Shown: positions 52,327 through 63,408 of the stretch, one piece after another | How positions within the stretch are numbered: the stretch's first letter is position 1 | Layout of the letters: each line of letters starts with the position of its first letter | Source of the DNA: an uncultured cyanobacterium | GTDB lineage: Bacteria; Cyanobacteriota; Cyanobacteriia; Cyanobacteriales; Nostocaceae | NCBI GenBank assembly: GCA_963740315.1 | Contig: CAVUDP010000001.1 | Coordinates: 416,001 to 480,000, forward strand | Length of the DNA stretch: 64,000 nucleotides | Direction of reading: 5' to 3' | Program-made: the position numbers and the translations under genes | Notes under the pieces: generated by a model | Seen by the model: the letters and a program-made list of their open reading frames with translations, nothing else | Database searches by the model: none | Told to the model about the DNA's origin: nothing

Positions 52327-53745
52327 ATGAAAACGAGTAAAAATATTTTTAAGTCCTTGCAAATTAAGGTACTTTTAGTGCTACTTATAAGCGTTATTAG
52401 TATCCCTGTTCTCTACCAGTTTAATTGGAGTGGTTTTGGAGAAGATTCAAATAAATCAAAAAGTATAGAAACAACAATAAAAGACGGAAAAATTATTAGT
52501 ATTAAGAAAACTGAAACTGAATATTTTCAATCAGGTAAGACACTGTGGGATTGGTTAGGGTTAGCTGGTACCTTGGCAATTCCAATCGTTTTATTTCAGT
52601 TTCAAACTAGCGAACAACGACGATCGGAAAAACAAGCGTCTGTTGAAAAAGAACAAGCTGAAAAACGAACGTCTGTTGAAAAAGAACAAGCTGAAAAACG
52701 AGCGTCTGTTGAAAAAGAACAAGCTGAAAAACGAGCGTCTGTTGAAAAAGATATTGCCGAAGCTAATTTACGTGAAGAGGCTTTTCAGGCTTATATTGAC
52801 AGTATGGCAGTAATTTTAGTTAATAAGAGAAGTCGGTCTGAATTATTTTATAGTGAAAACGGAAACAATTATGAAGATAATTCTGTACGAGACATAGCAC
52901 GTATAAGAACAGTAACAATATTACGAAGGCTAGAAAATGATATAAAACGTCAAAATAGAATTTTACATTTTCTACATGATGCTGAGCTTTTACAAATTTT
53001 ATTAAAAACTGCCAACCTTAGTGGTATTGATCTCAATGGCGTTAATCTCAATGGCGTTAACCTTAATGGTGCTAATTTTACAAATGCCAATCTCTGCGGG
53101 GCTAATTTTAGTGAAGCTAGCCTCAATGGCGCTAATTTTACCAATGCCAATCTCTGCGGGGCTAATCTTGAAAAGTCATATATACAAAATACAAACTTTA
53201 TAAATACTGACTTAAGTAATGCAATACTTGTAAATGCAAAAACATGGTACGAAGAAGAAATTGATTTGAATTTTAAAACAGAAGTAGTTGATGATGAGTT
53301 AAGCCCTGCTTATCAACGCGAAATATGGTATACTACAGATTTTTCTGAAGCAAAACTAACTAATGCTAATTTGCTATTAACTAATTTGAAAGCTGCGGAG
53401 AATTTGACAGTAGAGCAGCTAAAAGAAGCAAAAAATTGGGATGAAGCTATATATAATACTAAATTATTCAAGAAGTTAGGACTGCCGAAACCATTAGAAT
53501 CAATCATAGATGATATGTATAAAGATGCATTTCTCCTAGATAAGGATGAAGATATTGATTTTGAAAAACTTATTGGCTACCAAGTTGAAGTAAGAAATTA
53601 CGTTGAGAATGAAACAAAAACAATAACTAAAGGGGAAATAACTGGGTTTAGCAAATTAAATCGACGTGTAAATGTCAAAACTTCAAATGGAGAAAAGTTA
53701 GACAAACTCTACCTACATCAAGTTTATGTTTATATAACTGAGTAA
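52327..53745 (+). CDS. Membrane-anchored pentapeptide-repeat protein
   Basis: KTLWDWL, ARIRT, A(N/S)L.GA(N)F pentapeptides; 11-aa tandem repeat. Confidence 0.88.
   Translation: MKTSKNIFKSLQIKVLLVLLISVISIPVLYQFNWSGFGEDSNKSKSIETTIKDGKIISIKKTETEYFQSGKTLWDWLGLAGTLAIPIVLFQFQTSEQRRSEKQASVEKEQAEKRTSVEKEQAEKRASVEKEQAEKRASVEKDIAEANLREEAFQAYIDSMAVILVNKRSRSELFYSENGNNYEDNSVRDIARIRTVTILRRLENDIKRQNRILHFLHDAELLQILLKTANLSGIDLNGVNLNGVNLNGANFTNANLCGANFSEASLNGANFTNANLCGANLEKSYIQNTNFINTDLSNAILVNAKTWYEEEIDLNFKTEVVDDELSPAYQREIWYTTDFSEAKLTNANLLLTNLKAAENLTVEQLKEAKNWDEAIYNTKLFKKLGLPKPLESIIDDMYKDAFLLDKDEDIDFEKLIGYQVEVRNYVENETKTITKGEITGFSKLNRRVNVKTSNGEKLDKLYLHQVYVYITE
52627..52751 (+). repeat. 33-bp coding tandem repeat, about 3.8 copies (EKRASVEKEQA)
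   Basis: GAAAAACGAGCGTCTGTTGAAAAAGAACAAGCT units. Confidence 0.92.
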
Positions 53746-54078
53746 AATAAAAAAGTTGCTTCCTCAACTATTGATAAAACATTCTCGGAATCTGTGGTGT
53801 TTGTAACCCGATATTGATAAATAGAATTCTTGAACAATTACCAGTTACCTATTGAGTTCTCTCCCATCTCCCCATTTTCTTTACGTATGTTGATAATCGC
53901 GTTCTTTTTTAAAGTTGGAGGACAAGGTTAATCTATAGCATCTAGCTTCTTGACTTAATTGCATTGAGGATTTCATCGTTTCCCTCGCATCCGCAGCAGT
54001 ACTAGCATGCCCGTTTAATTCAGCCTCAAGATACAAGATAGGGCATTGGGATAGAATTTAACTGGTTAGTGGTAACTC

Positions 54079-54945
54079 CTAACCTTTAACCTCTAATAAT
54101 TGTTCTCGTAAAGTTAAAGGTTTATAACCTAATTCAAACGCTTTAGAACTATCTAAAGATACATCACTAGGTCTTGGTGCTGCCATTTTGACATCTTGTT
54201 GTTGGCTTTTTTTTATTTTTGCAGCAGGAATTTCAAATATTTCTACTAATAAACGACCGAAATCATAACGCGAAATTCTTTCTTTTCCACCTAAATGAAT
54301 GATTCCCGAAACTTTCTCTACAGCTAACAATAATCCTTGGGCAGCGGTTTTTCCATTTACTGGGGTGCGGAATTCGTCTACAAATAACTTTAATTCTTTT
54401 CCTTCTTGAAGCGTTTTAAGAAATGATTGTAGAAAACTAGTTGCTGTAGGCGTTGCATTACCAAACATTAAAGGCATTCGGCAAATGGCAGCTTGGGGAT
54501 AACGTTCCAATATGCCAATTTCTGCCATAACTTTGTGTTCGCCGTAAATATTTACCGGATTTACGCTGTCTGTTTCTTTGTAAAAACGGGAGCTACCATC
54601 AAACACTAAATCGGTTGAAGTAAAAACGTAAGGAATTGAATTTACAGCACATAATTCCGCAATATTCAATGAGGCTGTAACGTTAATTAACAGCGATTCT
54701 TCTACATGAGTTTGACAATAATTCGGTTGAGATAGCGCTGCGGTGTGAATAACTGCTGATGGCTGTATTTCTTGAAATATTCTTTTAAGTTCCGTAAAAT
54801 CAGTTAAATCAAGTTTTATAAGTTTGATTCCCGGAATTTCCAAGCTATGAGAAAAATAAGTTCCATATACATCCCATTCAATTGCTAATTGACACAAATG
54901 CCATCCTAGAAACCCGCTTGCGCCGGTTATTAAAAGTTTTTTCAT
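54079..54945 (-). CDS. RmlD-like NAD(P)-dependent oxidoreductase (extended SDR)
   Basis: ITGASGFLG, STDLVFDG, YGEHK, DEFRTP, RP.DVSL. Confidence 0.9.
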   Translation of the reverse strand: MKKLLITGASGFLGWHLCQLAIEWDVYGTYFSHSLEIPGIKLIKLDLTDFTELKRIFQEIQPSAVIHTAALSQPNYCQTHVEESLLINVTASLNIAELCAVNSIPYVFTSTDLVFDGSSRFYKETDSVNPVNIYGEHKVMAEIGILERYPQAAICRMPLMFGNATPTATSFLQSFLKTLQEGKELKLFVDEFRTPVNGKTAAQGLLLAVEKVSGIIHLGGKERISRYDFGRLLVEIFEIPAAKIKKSQQQDVKMAAPRPSDVSLDSSKAFELGYKPLTLREQLLEVKG

Positions 54946-55004
54946 AATCAGTTTAAACAGTTACCAGTTACCAGTTACTAGTTACCAGTTATCACCTGAA
55001 GTCA

Positions 55005-55080
55005 GTAGGTTGGGTTAGACACGAAAACTAAATTTGATTGTTACCAGAATCTTTAACTATCGTGTCGTAACCCAACATCA
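55005..55080. repeat. GTAG REP-like inverted repeat
   Basis: GTAGGTTGGGTTAGACACG...CGTGTCGTAACCCAAC. Confidence 0.75.
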
Positions 55081-55197
55081 CCATTTTGGATAGATAAAAA
55101 CGCGATCGGAACTTATATCCACGATCGCGGAATTTCCTATGTTTTGGGATTGCTTCCTCGCCATGATTATAATTACGTTGTTCGCCAGTAAGTCCTA

Positions 55198-55238
55198 ATT
55201 ATTGATAATTGATAATTGATAATTGATAATTGATAATT
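55198..55238. repeat. ATTGATA heptamer tandem repeat
   Basis: About six visible units. Confidence 0.85.
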
Positions 55239-55244
55239 GTCTCA

Positions 55245-55805
55245 CTAAAATTCTACGTCTTCATAGATTTCTGCCATTGTAATTTCCACGTTAACCGATT
55301 GTAGCTTCAAAGTACTATCTTGAGTTAAAGTTTCTAGTAACCAGTTATTTCGATAAACTTTATGATAAATTTCTACTTTTATTTCTGATTGATGAACTAA
55401 AATATATTCTTGTAAACTTGGTAATTGTCGATAATTCAATAACTTTTCGTTACGATCGATACGCTCTGTAATTGGTGAAATTACTTCGGCAATTAAACAA
55501 GGAGAAGTTTTAAAATATACTTCTCTATCTTGGGTATCGCGAACTACCGATACTTCTGGATAATAAAAAGCATTTGTCGGTTCAATTCTTATTTTCATAT
55601 CAGATGCAAAAACATGACAATCAGTACCGTATAAATGAGTACGCAACCTTGCAAATAAATTTTCAGCAATAATTTTTAAATTATGAGAATCTCCCAGTAC
55701 GGGATAAATCTGCCCTGCAAGATATTCATGACGAACTATACTTTCTAAATCAAATTGCAGATATTCATCGATAGTTGAATCTGTATATTTAGCTTGAGAA
55801 TACAT
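55245..55805 (-). CDS. Uma2 (DUF820) family protein
   Basis: RHEY..G.I, YYPEV (the usual motif is PD), AEVISP.TE..DR.EK...Y..LPSLQEY. Confidence 0.88.
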   Translation of the reverse strand: MYSQAKYTDSTIDEYLQFDLESIVRHEYLAGQIYPVLGDSHNLKIIAENLFARLRTHLYGTDCHVFASDMKIRIEPTNAFYYPEVSVVRDTQDREVYFKTSPCLIAEVISPITERIDRNEKLLNYRQLPSLQEYILVHQSEIKVEIYHKVYRNNWLLETLTQDSTLKLQSVNVEITMAEIYEDVEF

Positions 55806-56008
55806 ACTTTTAAAAATTACGGTTTATTAACCGATCGTAACCATAAATAAAAGTAATTTTATATATTATTTATTCACAAATTTAAACTATCTTTTCCTCT
55901 TTTTTATACACAGTGGGAGAGGGGATGAGGAGAGGGGGAGATGGGGGGATGGGCAGAAGGAGTTAGGAGTTATAAGTTAACAATGCCCTATGCCCAATTC
56001 TCAATTAT

Positions 56009-56746
56009 TTAATAAAGTAAATCTTGAAACTGTTTGGTGTTGCGAACTTTGGCAAAATCTGGATCGGTTTTTGCTAGTTTTTCGTACTTACCTGGAACTA
56101 GTTTCATGGCTTTTTGCAGATTGCTAATTGCCTCGGAAGTATTTTTCTGTAAAGCATAGGTACAGGCTTTGTTGTAATATGCTTGATGCTTGTTGGGTTC
56201 GATGGCGATCGCTTTGTCGTAAGATGCTAAAGCTTGGGAATAACGCTGCAAATCGGTTAAGGCAATGCCTCGATTAATCCAAGCTTCGTATTTGTCGGGT
56301 TCGATCGCAATGGCTTTGTCGTAAGATATTACTGCTTCTTGGTAAAGCCGCATCGCTGATAGAGCATTTCCTCGGTTGTACCATGCTTCATCTCTTTTCG
56401 GCTGTATGGCGATCGCTCTATCGTAAGATGACAAAGCTTGCCCGTATTGCTGCATTGCTGATAAAGCATTTCCCCTGTTAATCCAAGCTTCGACGTTATT
56501 AGGCGCAGCTATAACCACTTTATCGTAAGCAGCAACGGCATCTTCATAACGATTTGCTTCTAAAAATTTATTTGCTTGAACAAAAAATTCTGCCTGGTTT
56601 ATTTCAGAGGCTTGTGTCAGTAACCGAGCAACATTGGTTTCTTGCACCATTTTGCTATCCTGTCTCATTGATTCTGCCGAGTTACTACAACCAAATATCA
56701 CGAAAGTAGTTAACCCGCTTGCAACAAAACGGCTCCAAAATGCCAT
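56009..56746 (-). CDS. TPR-repeat lipoprotein
   Basis: Lipobox-like IFGC; repeated AW.NRG.AL...Y..A...YDKAI; YNKAC tail. Confidence 0.9.
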   Translation of the reverse strand: MAFWSRFVASGLTTFVIFGCSNSAESMRQDSKMVQETNVARLLTQASEINQAEFFVQANKFLEANRYEDAVAAYDKVVIAAPNNVEAWINRGNALSAMQQYGQALSSYDRAIAIQPKRDEAWYNRGNALSAMRLYQEAVISYDKAIAIEPDKYEAWINRGIALTDLQRYSQALASYDKAIAIEPNKHQAYYNKACTYALQKNTSEAISNLQKAMKLVPGKYEKLAKTDPDFAKVRNTKQFQDLLY

Positions 56747-57287
56747 ATCGCATCCATAGAAATCATAGATTTTACAATACAGTTTTTTCTTTTTTTTAAC
56801 AAGTATCTAGAAAAACGAATTGATTTATTAATTTATTTTTATCAAATGTTTTTTTATTTTTAAATCCAGCGAGATTATATCATATAATGTAGCTGCAATA
56901 TATTAGTTTGATATTTTATTAATGATAATACTGTATTGTTATAGACTGCAAAAACCTTAATAATCCGATTTCAAGTAATTATAGTCACATCGGAATAACT
57001 AATTATTTAAAGTAGATTAAAATTTGACTAAGTGTAACAGAATGACTAAAAATCATCCAATTTTAATTAATTTGATATTAAAGTCAAGTAAGACAATAAT
57101 TTTAAAAATGATTTTAATTAGTAACAAGTAAATTGGATTACAGTCTCACAATAAATTATTAACATCGAAAAATTGAAAAATTATTTGATATAAATGTAAA
57201 TAATATTACTTTATGATGTTGATGATAAAACTACTTTTTTTGCATTCACAACGTACCATTTAGAACTGCTGATGCCGAAATATAATC

Positions 57288-58616
57288 ATGTCAATTGAAT
57301 CAAACTCCCACTCATCGCAGTCTCAGAGCCAGCAAACTGCATCCGAAAACAAATGGCAACCGGATGAATTTGATAATGTCGGCGGTACAAGCAGTTTACC
57401 CAACGGGCTTACCGCTCAGCAAGTCAACTCCGCGATCGCCGCAGTGCAGTCGCAGCAAAACACGAGTGCTTTACAACAAGCCCGTTCCTCGTTTTCGGAG
57501 GACAATTCTACCACCGTGCCTGTCAAACCACGGGCATTATTGATTACTTTATTATCAATTTTAGTTACAGTTCTCGGAATAGCCATAAATCAACCACTGA
57601 TTGGGATTGCTGGAACCGCAGTTACTTTATTGTTATCAGCAATAATACTATTGCCTTGGTTAAAAGTTACAATAACAGAACTGTTGACACCCAAACAGCG
57701 AGCGTTGATTATTGGATTTTTGGGTATAGTCGTCGCAATTGCTGGCTTAATCAAATTCATTCCGGGCAAAATTGATTGGGATGTTTCGGGAACCTTAGCC
57801 GATTGGTTTGGCGCTTTGGGACAAATTCTGATCGCCGTAATCGCGGTTTATATTGCTTGGCGACAGTATGTAATCTCCAAAGATTTAACAATTCAGCAAA
57901 ACCTACTGACAATTCAGCAAAATAATATTACCCAACAGCAGACAATCGACACATATTTTCAAGGCATTTCCGATTTAGTATTAGATGAAGAAGGTTTATT
58001 AGAAGATTGGCCTCAAGAAAGATTGCTTGCAGAAGGGCGTACCGCAGCTATTTTAAGCAGCGTTGATTCAGTTGGTAAAGCCAAAATTATTCGCTTTTTA
58101 TCGCGTTCCAAATTATTAACACCATTAAAACGTGACGGACATTTAGGTAGAGCTATTTTTGATGGTAATGGAGGCTACGAAGAAGATTTAGTTTTAGGAG
58201 TGCGCGTAATTGACTTAGGTGTGATGCTCGCAAGTGCGAACCTTTCCGGTACAGATTTACGGTGGACGGATTTGAGTGAAGCTAATTTAGTACGCGCTAA
58301 CTTAAGTAATTGCGACTTAGTAAAAGCCAACCTTTGTCGCGCCATATTATACGAATCCAACTTATCAGAAGCCGACTTAAACGCAACTAAACTCTTTTAC
58401 GGTTCCTTAGCAGCAGCATCACCCCGCAATCGTTTGCATAGACCTGATTATAGAACAGGAGAGCGCACGGGTGCAGTAGTAGAAAACGCTAACTTTTCTA
58501 ATGTTAAAAGAATGTCAGAACCCAACCGTTATTATTGTTGTTCTTGGTGCGGTGAAGAAAGTAGAAAAACAATTCCCGGTGGTTGTGAAGGAATTGAGAA
58601 TAGATTGGGGAGGTGA
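57288..58616 (+). CDS. Conserved membrane pentapeptide-repeat protein
   Basis: Several TM helices; WRQYVISKDLTIQQN; ANLSGTDLRWTDLSEANL. Confidence 0.88.
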   Translation: MSIESNSHSSQSQSQQTASENKWQPDEFDNVGGTSSLPNGLTAQQVNSAIAAVQSQQNTSALQQARSSFSEDNSTTVPVKPRALLITLLSILVTVLGIAINQPLIGIAGTAVTLLLSAIILLPWLKVTITELLTPKQRALIIGFLGIVVAIAGLIKFIPGKIDWDVSGTLADWFGALGQILIAVIAVYIAWRQYVISKDLTIQQNLLTIQQNNITQQQTIDTYFQGISDLVLDEEGLLEDWPQERLLAEGRTAAILSSVDSVGKAKIIRFLSRSKLLTPLKRDGHLGRAIFDGNGGYEEDLVLGVRVIDLGVMLASANLSGTDLRWTDLSEANLVRANLSNCDLVKANLCRAILYESNLSEADLNATKLFYGSLAAASPRNRLHRPDYRTGERTGAVVENANFSNVKRMSEPNRYYCCSWCGEESRKTIPGGCEGIENRLGR

Positions 58617-58661
58617 TTGGTATACGCCCGCACGCTCCGCGTGAATGGTAATTGGTAATTT

Positions 58662-59210
58662 GTAGGTTGGGTTGAGGAACGAAACCCAACATCAACCCAA
58701 CATAATCTGGAAAGCTAAACCAATTAATTCAATATAAAACAATATTTAATACCCAACAAACAATATGCTTTATTCCAAAATCGATCTTAGATGATGTTGT
58801 ATAAAACGGTGTTGCATTAATGTTGGGTTACGGCGCATTTATACTTTTCGTACACCACAAATATTCGTGCGCCTTTAACCCAACCTACCACTTTTTTCAA
58901 AGATACTATGATGCCCGATGGAAGTATTCGGAACGCTTTGTAGAACGAATTAGCAACATATCGTTAAATTCAGAACAATAAAACGGTGCCGTATTGCTAA
59001 CTAGTAGGGTGTGTTGTCGCGAACGCGCAACGCACCATTCAATTTAGAGCCATACAGAAAATGGTGCGTTAGCCGCGAAACAAATATATTTCGTCACAAT
59101 CAAAATTAGCGATCGCGCCATAACACACCCTACCATTCAACCCCTGCCACAGTGGGTTTCGCCTGTGTAGCCGCGTTCACCGCGCTTGTGCGACATATTC
59201 AATTGCCAGG
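58662..59210. repeat. Cluster of GTAG REP-like elements in inverted pairs, plus a partial MITE
   Basis: Pairs at 58662..58888 (GTAGGTTGGG.../...CCCAACCTAC) and 59004..59133 (GTAGGGTGTG.../...CACACCCTAC). Confidence 0.8.
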
Positions 59211-59363
59211 TATTTTCCCAATTACCCATCCCCAATTCCCAATTCTTAAGATAAATGAAGCGGATACATCTATGCGAAACTACTCATTGCCAATTAGAAT
59301 CTACCAAAGTCGGGTTATAAACTAAACAACCCGAAACCAAAAACCACTAATTACTAAATCGCT

Positions 59364-60572
59364 GTGAAATTGAAATTAAGCCGTCTGATTCCATTTCTTG
59401 ATGAAACTGTATCCAGTTGGGCATTAGAAGCCCGCTTGTTACGCTGGTTGACGTTGGTTTGGCTATTCGTAGGTTTAGCGGTGTTGTTTTCGGCTTCTTA
59501 CCCGGTGGCTGACGTTAAGCATGGTGATGGGCTTTACTTTTTCAAGCGTCAACTGATAACTGTATTTCTGGGTTTGATTCTCTTCAATATCATTGTAAAT
59601 TTACCCTTTCGCAAAGTAATTAACGTATCCCATTGGTTGTTAATGTTGTTTTTGGGGTTAATCATTCTGACTTTAATTCCAGGTTTGGGAACTAGGGGGG
59701 TTTACGGTACGAGTCGCTGGCTATCTATTGCAGGATTTCCAATCCAACCTTCGGAATTTATCAAACCCTTTTTAGTATTGCAAAGTGCGCGAGTTTTTGG
59801 AAATTGGGAAAGACTCAGTTGGGGAATTCGCATTGCTTGGTTGGTGGTTTTTGGTTTTGTATTGTTAGGAATTCTCGCGCAACCTAATTTGAGTACCACT
59901 GCACTTTGCGGTATGACTGTCTGGTTAATTGCTTTGGCTAGTGGTTTACCTTACAAATATTTGGGAGGTAGCGCTGCTGCGGGTGTGATATTAGCGTTGA
60001 TGAGCGTTACTGTTAATAAATATCAACGTTTGCGGATTATTTCTTTTTTGAATCCTTGGGACGATCCTCAAAATACAGGTTATCAGTTAATTCAAAGTTT
60101 ATTGGCAATAGGTTCTGGTAATACTTGGGGTTCTGGATTTGGACTTTCGCAACAAAAGCTTTCTTGGCTACCAATTCAAGATAGTGACTTTATTTTTGCA
60201 GTATTTGCTGAAGAATTCGGTTTTGTTGGCAGCGTGACGCTGTTGGTAATGTTAGGTGTATTCGCAACTTTAGGATTAATTGTAGCTCTCAAAGCTAAAA
60301 GTGTTATATACAGGTTGTCGGCAATTGGTATTACCACTTTACTTACAGGACAATCATTTATAAATATTGGTGTTGCCAGTGGAGTTTTACCAACCACGGG
60401 TTTACCTTTACCATTTTTTAGCTATGGCGGAAGTTCGATAATTGCTACATTGATTGCAACATCTTTATTAATTCGAGTTGCACGGGAAAGTAACGAAGCC
60501 GAAGTGGTTCCATTGCGGAGACAGCCGAAAAATAGACGCGAGCAACGGTTTTTACACAGGAATAAATTTTAA
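59364..60572 (+). CDS. ftsW: FtsW/RodA SEDS peptidoglycan polymerase
   Basis: RWL, IQPSEFIKP, QPNLST, GYQLIQS, SDFIFAVFAEEFG, PTTGLPLPFFSYGGSS. Confidence 0.93.
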   Translation: MKLKLSRLIPFLDETVSSWALEARLLRWLTLVWLFVGLAVLFSASYPVADVKHGDGLYFFKRQLITVFLGLILFNIIVNLPFRKVINVSHWLLMLFLGLIILTLIPGLGTRGVYGTSRWLSIAGFPIQPSEFIKPFLVLQSARVFGNWERLSWGIRIAWLVVFGFVLLGILAQPNLSTTALCGMTVWLIALASGLPYKYLGGSAAAGVILALMSVTVNKYQRLRIISFLNPWDDPQNTGYQLIQSLLAIGSGNTWGSGFGLSQQKLSWLPIQDSDFIFAVFAEEFGFVGSVTLLVMLGVFATLGLIVALKAKSVIYRLSAIGITTLLTGQSFINIGVASGVLPTTGLPLPFFSYGGSSIIATLIATSLLIRVARESNEAEVVPLRRQPKNRREQRFLHRNKF

Positions 60573-60697
60573 GTTAATATTCTTTTTCTCAAGTAAGCAA
60601 ACATATATTAAATTTGCTTGAATTATTTCCGAAAAGGTTAGTAAGGTGATCTGTAAGTAGAATCATATAAAAATCAGTTTACCAACCGTTTTTATAT

Positions 60698-60721
60698 AGC
60701 CCGCATCAGCGGGCTTTATTT
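60698..60721 (+). terminator. Intrinsic terminator downstream of ftsW
   Basis: AGCCCGCatcaGCGGGCTTTATTT. Confidence 0.65.
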
Positions 60722-60988
60722 ATGGGTAATAGGTAAGTGTAATAATAAATTATCAAGGTGAAAGGTATTAAGTTACTTCGCAACTAATAAAGCTAAGACA
60801 TTTTTATTAAAAATCCTAAATTCTTGCCAGATAAAAGTTTTGAAATGTGTAAGTTAAAAGACTAATTGATTTGTAAAGCACAAACCTCTATTACCCATTA
60901 CCTAATTCCAATATGTCAATTTATTTGAGTCGTCGTACCTTGATTTAAGAGAGCGATAAATCGCTTACTACGAACAATAAATTACGAA

Positions 60989-62479
60989 TTATTCTATTTC
61001 TTCTGCTTGTTGATGAATCGTTTCTAATTCTTCGGGGGACATTTTATCAAGATTCTTCAATATAAAGTTCATTCTTCCTTGAAATTTCAATTTGTCTCGA
61101 TGTCGGTTGAGAAAATCCCAATATAAGAAGTTGAAGGGACAAGCTTTTTCTCCGGTGCGTTTTGAATGCTGGTAATAACAACTTTTACAATAATCGCTCA
61201 TCTTATTAATATAGTTAGCGGATGCTGCATAGGGTTTTGATGCGAGTAAACCACCATCTGCATATTGTCCCATACCGATGACGTTGGTTTGCATTACCCA
61301 GTCGTAAGCGTCGATGAATGCTGAGTGAAACCAGTTTTCTAATTCTTGCGGTGATATTCCAGCAATTAATCCAAAGTTATTTAATACCATCAATCTTTGA
61401 ATATGATGAGCGTAACCCATATCCATTACTTGGGTTAATATTTGATGCAAACAGTTCATTTTGGTTTCACCTGTCCAAAAAAATTCGGGTAGTGATTTGT
61501 TGTGTTCAAACCAATTCTGCTGGGGATAATCTGCATCAACATGATGATAAATTCCGTGCATATATTCTCTCCATCCCAACACCTGACGGATGAAACCTTC
61601 GACGCTATTTAATGCAAGTTTATTTTCGTGATACGCTGCTTCTGCTGCTTGAATGATTTCTAAAGGTTGCAATAAACCAAGATTTAAATAAGGAGAAAGC
61701 ATTGCGTGCCACATTGTTTCTTCTCCCGTTACCATCGCATCTTGATATGGACCAAAATCTGGTAAACGAATATCTATGAAATATTTTAATACTTCTAATG
61801 CTTGGGAACGAGTTACTCCCCAACGAAATTCTTTTATGTATCCGTAAGTTGGTATATCAAGGGAATCAATTTGTTTAATGACTTGTTGTGTAATTTCATC
61901 TGCTTCAAACCATAAAGGTTCGGGAGTATTTAATTTAGCTTTGGGTGGTTTGCGATTTTCTTTATCAAGATTCCATTTTCCCCCAACTGGTTTATCATCT
62001 TCCATTAATATATCGAAGCGTCTTCTTCCTTCCCTATAAAAGTCTTCCATTAACAAACGCTTGCGATTTTTAGCCCAGTTATGGAATTCTTCTGCACTCC
62101 ATAAAAAATGATTGTTGGGAACTAAGTTGATATCGCAAGCTAATTTTAAATTTTCGATTATTTGTAGAAAAGGTTTGTCGTTGGGAGACATTATTCGTAA
62201 TTCGGAGATTTGATTTTCTTTTACCCATGTAAGAAGAGGAGTTTGAAAATCTTCAGCTATTTTATAAGTTACCGAATAACCTTGTTGACGCAATTGTTCC
62301 GCAAAATGCCGCATCGATGACCAGATTAAAACCAGTTTTTGCTTGTGATATCTAAGTTGTTTGATGTGGGAGTAGGATTCAATAAGGATAATTGGTATTT
62401 GTGAGGGGTTGTTGCAATTTTGTAAAGCTGCTTGTGTTGAATATAGTTGATCGCCTAATATCCAGATTCCTGTTGTCAT
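60989..62479 (-). CDS. Fe-S cluster photolyase/cryptochrome (PhrB-like, FeS-BCP class)
   Basis: ILGDQL, HKQK, LMEDFYR, GGKWNLD..NR, GYAHHIQRLM; Cys pattern MNC...YCKSC...ACPF. Confidence 0.92.
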   Translation of the reverse strand: MTTGIWILGDQLYSTQAALQNCNNPSQIPIILIESYSHIKQLRYHKQKLVLIWSSMRHFAEQLRQQGYSVTYKIAEDFQTPLLTWVKENQISELRIMSPNDKPFLQIIENLKLACDINLVPNNHFLWSAEEFHNWAKNRKRLLMEDFYREGRRRFDILMEDDKPVGGKWNLDKENRKPPKAKLNTPEPLWFEADEITQQVIKQIDSLDIPTYGYIKEFRWGVTRSQALEVLKYFIDIRLPDFGPYQDAMVTGEETMWHAMLSPYLNLGLLQPLEIIQAAEAAYHENKLALNSVEGFIRQVLGWREYMHGIYHHVDADYPQQNWFEHNKSLPEFFWTGETKMNCLHQILTQVMDMGYAHHIQRLMVLNNFGLIAGISPQELENWFHSAFIDAYDWVMQTNVIGMGQYADGGLLASKPYAASANYINKMSDYCKSCYYQHSKRTGEKACPFNFLYWDFLNRHRDKLKFQGRMNFILKNLDKMSPEELETIHQQAEEIE

Positions 62480-62657
62480 GATTTGTAATTGTAGGTTGGT
62501 TTTTAAATTATAGGTAGGAAAGTTACTGAATTTACTTTCACATTACTGATTATAAATAACCTTACTAGACGCTGAGAGCGCTGAGGTAAGAGATGGAGAG
62601 AATTATTAAAGTTGCTGGAGTTAGAATAATGGTAGGAATTAGATAAAGGTAGAAAAG

Positions 62658-62960
62658 ATGAATATTCAACTCAAACCGGAACACGAACAATTTATTCAAG
62701 CACAAATGGCTACAGGGAAATATAAAAATCCCGAAGAGGTAGTTGATATCGCATTTCGACTATTACAAAAATTTAATGCAGAGTCAGAAATTGCCGCAGA
62801 AATTGAAGCCGATCGTCAAGAAATAAATCATAGTAATTTTTTAAAAGCAGCTAATAAAGCTTATGAAAGTTTACGAAATAATCCAAAAGCTTGGCTAGAA
62901 GAATTAGAAGAAAGAGAATTATGGGAGCAAACTTTATCTGATGGATTGGAGGAAGCTTGA
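62658..62960 (+). CDS. Antitoxin with ParD-like N-terminus and an unrelated acidic C-terminus
   Basis: First ~36 aa identical to the 63409 protein; tail EELEERELWEQTLSDGL; overlaps the downstream toxin. Confidence 0.8.
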   Translation: MNIQLKPEHEQFIQAQMATGKYKNPEEVVDIAFRLLQKFNAESEIAAEIEADRQEINHSNFLKAANKAYESLRNNPKAWLEELEERELWEQTLSDGLEEA

Positions 62961-63298
62961 CTATAATATCGCGAGGGGAAGTATGGTTAATAGATTTAAA
63001 CCCTGTACGGGGACACGAACAAGCTGGAAAACGTCCTTGTTTAGTTATATCAGTGAATTTGTTTAATCAAGGCTCATCTGGGTTAGCAATTGTATTACCA
63101 ATTACTTCTAAAAATAAGGGAATTCCTTTTCATGTTGAAGTCAATCCACCGCAAGCTGGGTTGAAAATGCAAAGTTTTATCAAATGCGAAGATGTCCGTT
63201 CCATTTCTATAGAAAGATTTGATAAAAAATTCGGTGCTGTTTCTGAAGAAATACTTGTTGCTGTTGAGGAAAGATTGCGAATTTTGATGAATCTTTAA
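62957..63298 (+). CDS. mazF: PemK/MazF-family toxin
   Basis: RGEVW..DL.PVRGHEQAG.RPCLVIS, PITS, CED.RSIS.ER. Confidence 0.93.
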   Translation: MTIISRGEVWLIDLNPVRGHEQAGKRPCLVISVNLFNQGSSGLAIVLPITSKNKGIPFHVEVNPPQAGLKMQSFIKCEDVRSISIERFDKKFGAVSEEILVAVEERLRILMNL

Positions 63299-63408
63299 TT
63301 TAGGAAGCGCTTATAAATAAGAATACTCTCTAGAATAAATAGCTGGTAATAATCTACTGAAGTTGCTGGAGTTAGAATAATGGTATTAATTATATAAAGG
63401 TAGAAAAT

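Noticed and set aside
55245..55805. PD-to-PE change in Uma2 as a sign of a novel function
   Set aside because: Uma2 paralogues are numerous and variable in cyanobacteria; a single substitution is not informative.
60600..60721. Possible sRNA downstream of ftsW
   Set aside because: Hairpins are present but there is no convincing promoter; explained adequately as the ftsW 3' UTR and terminator.
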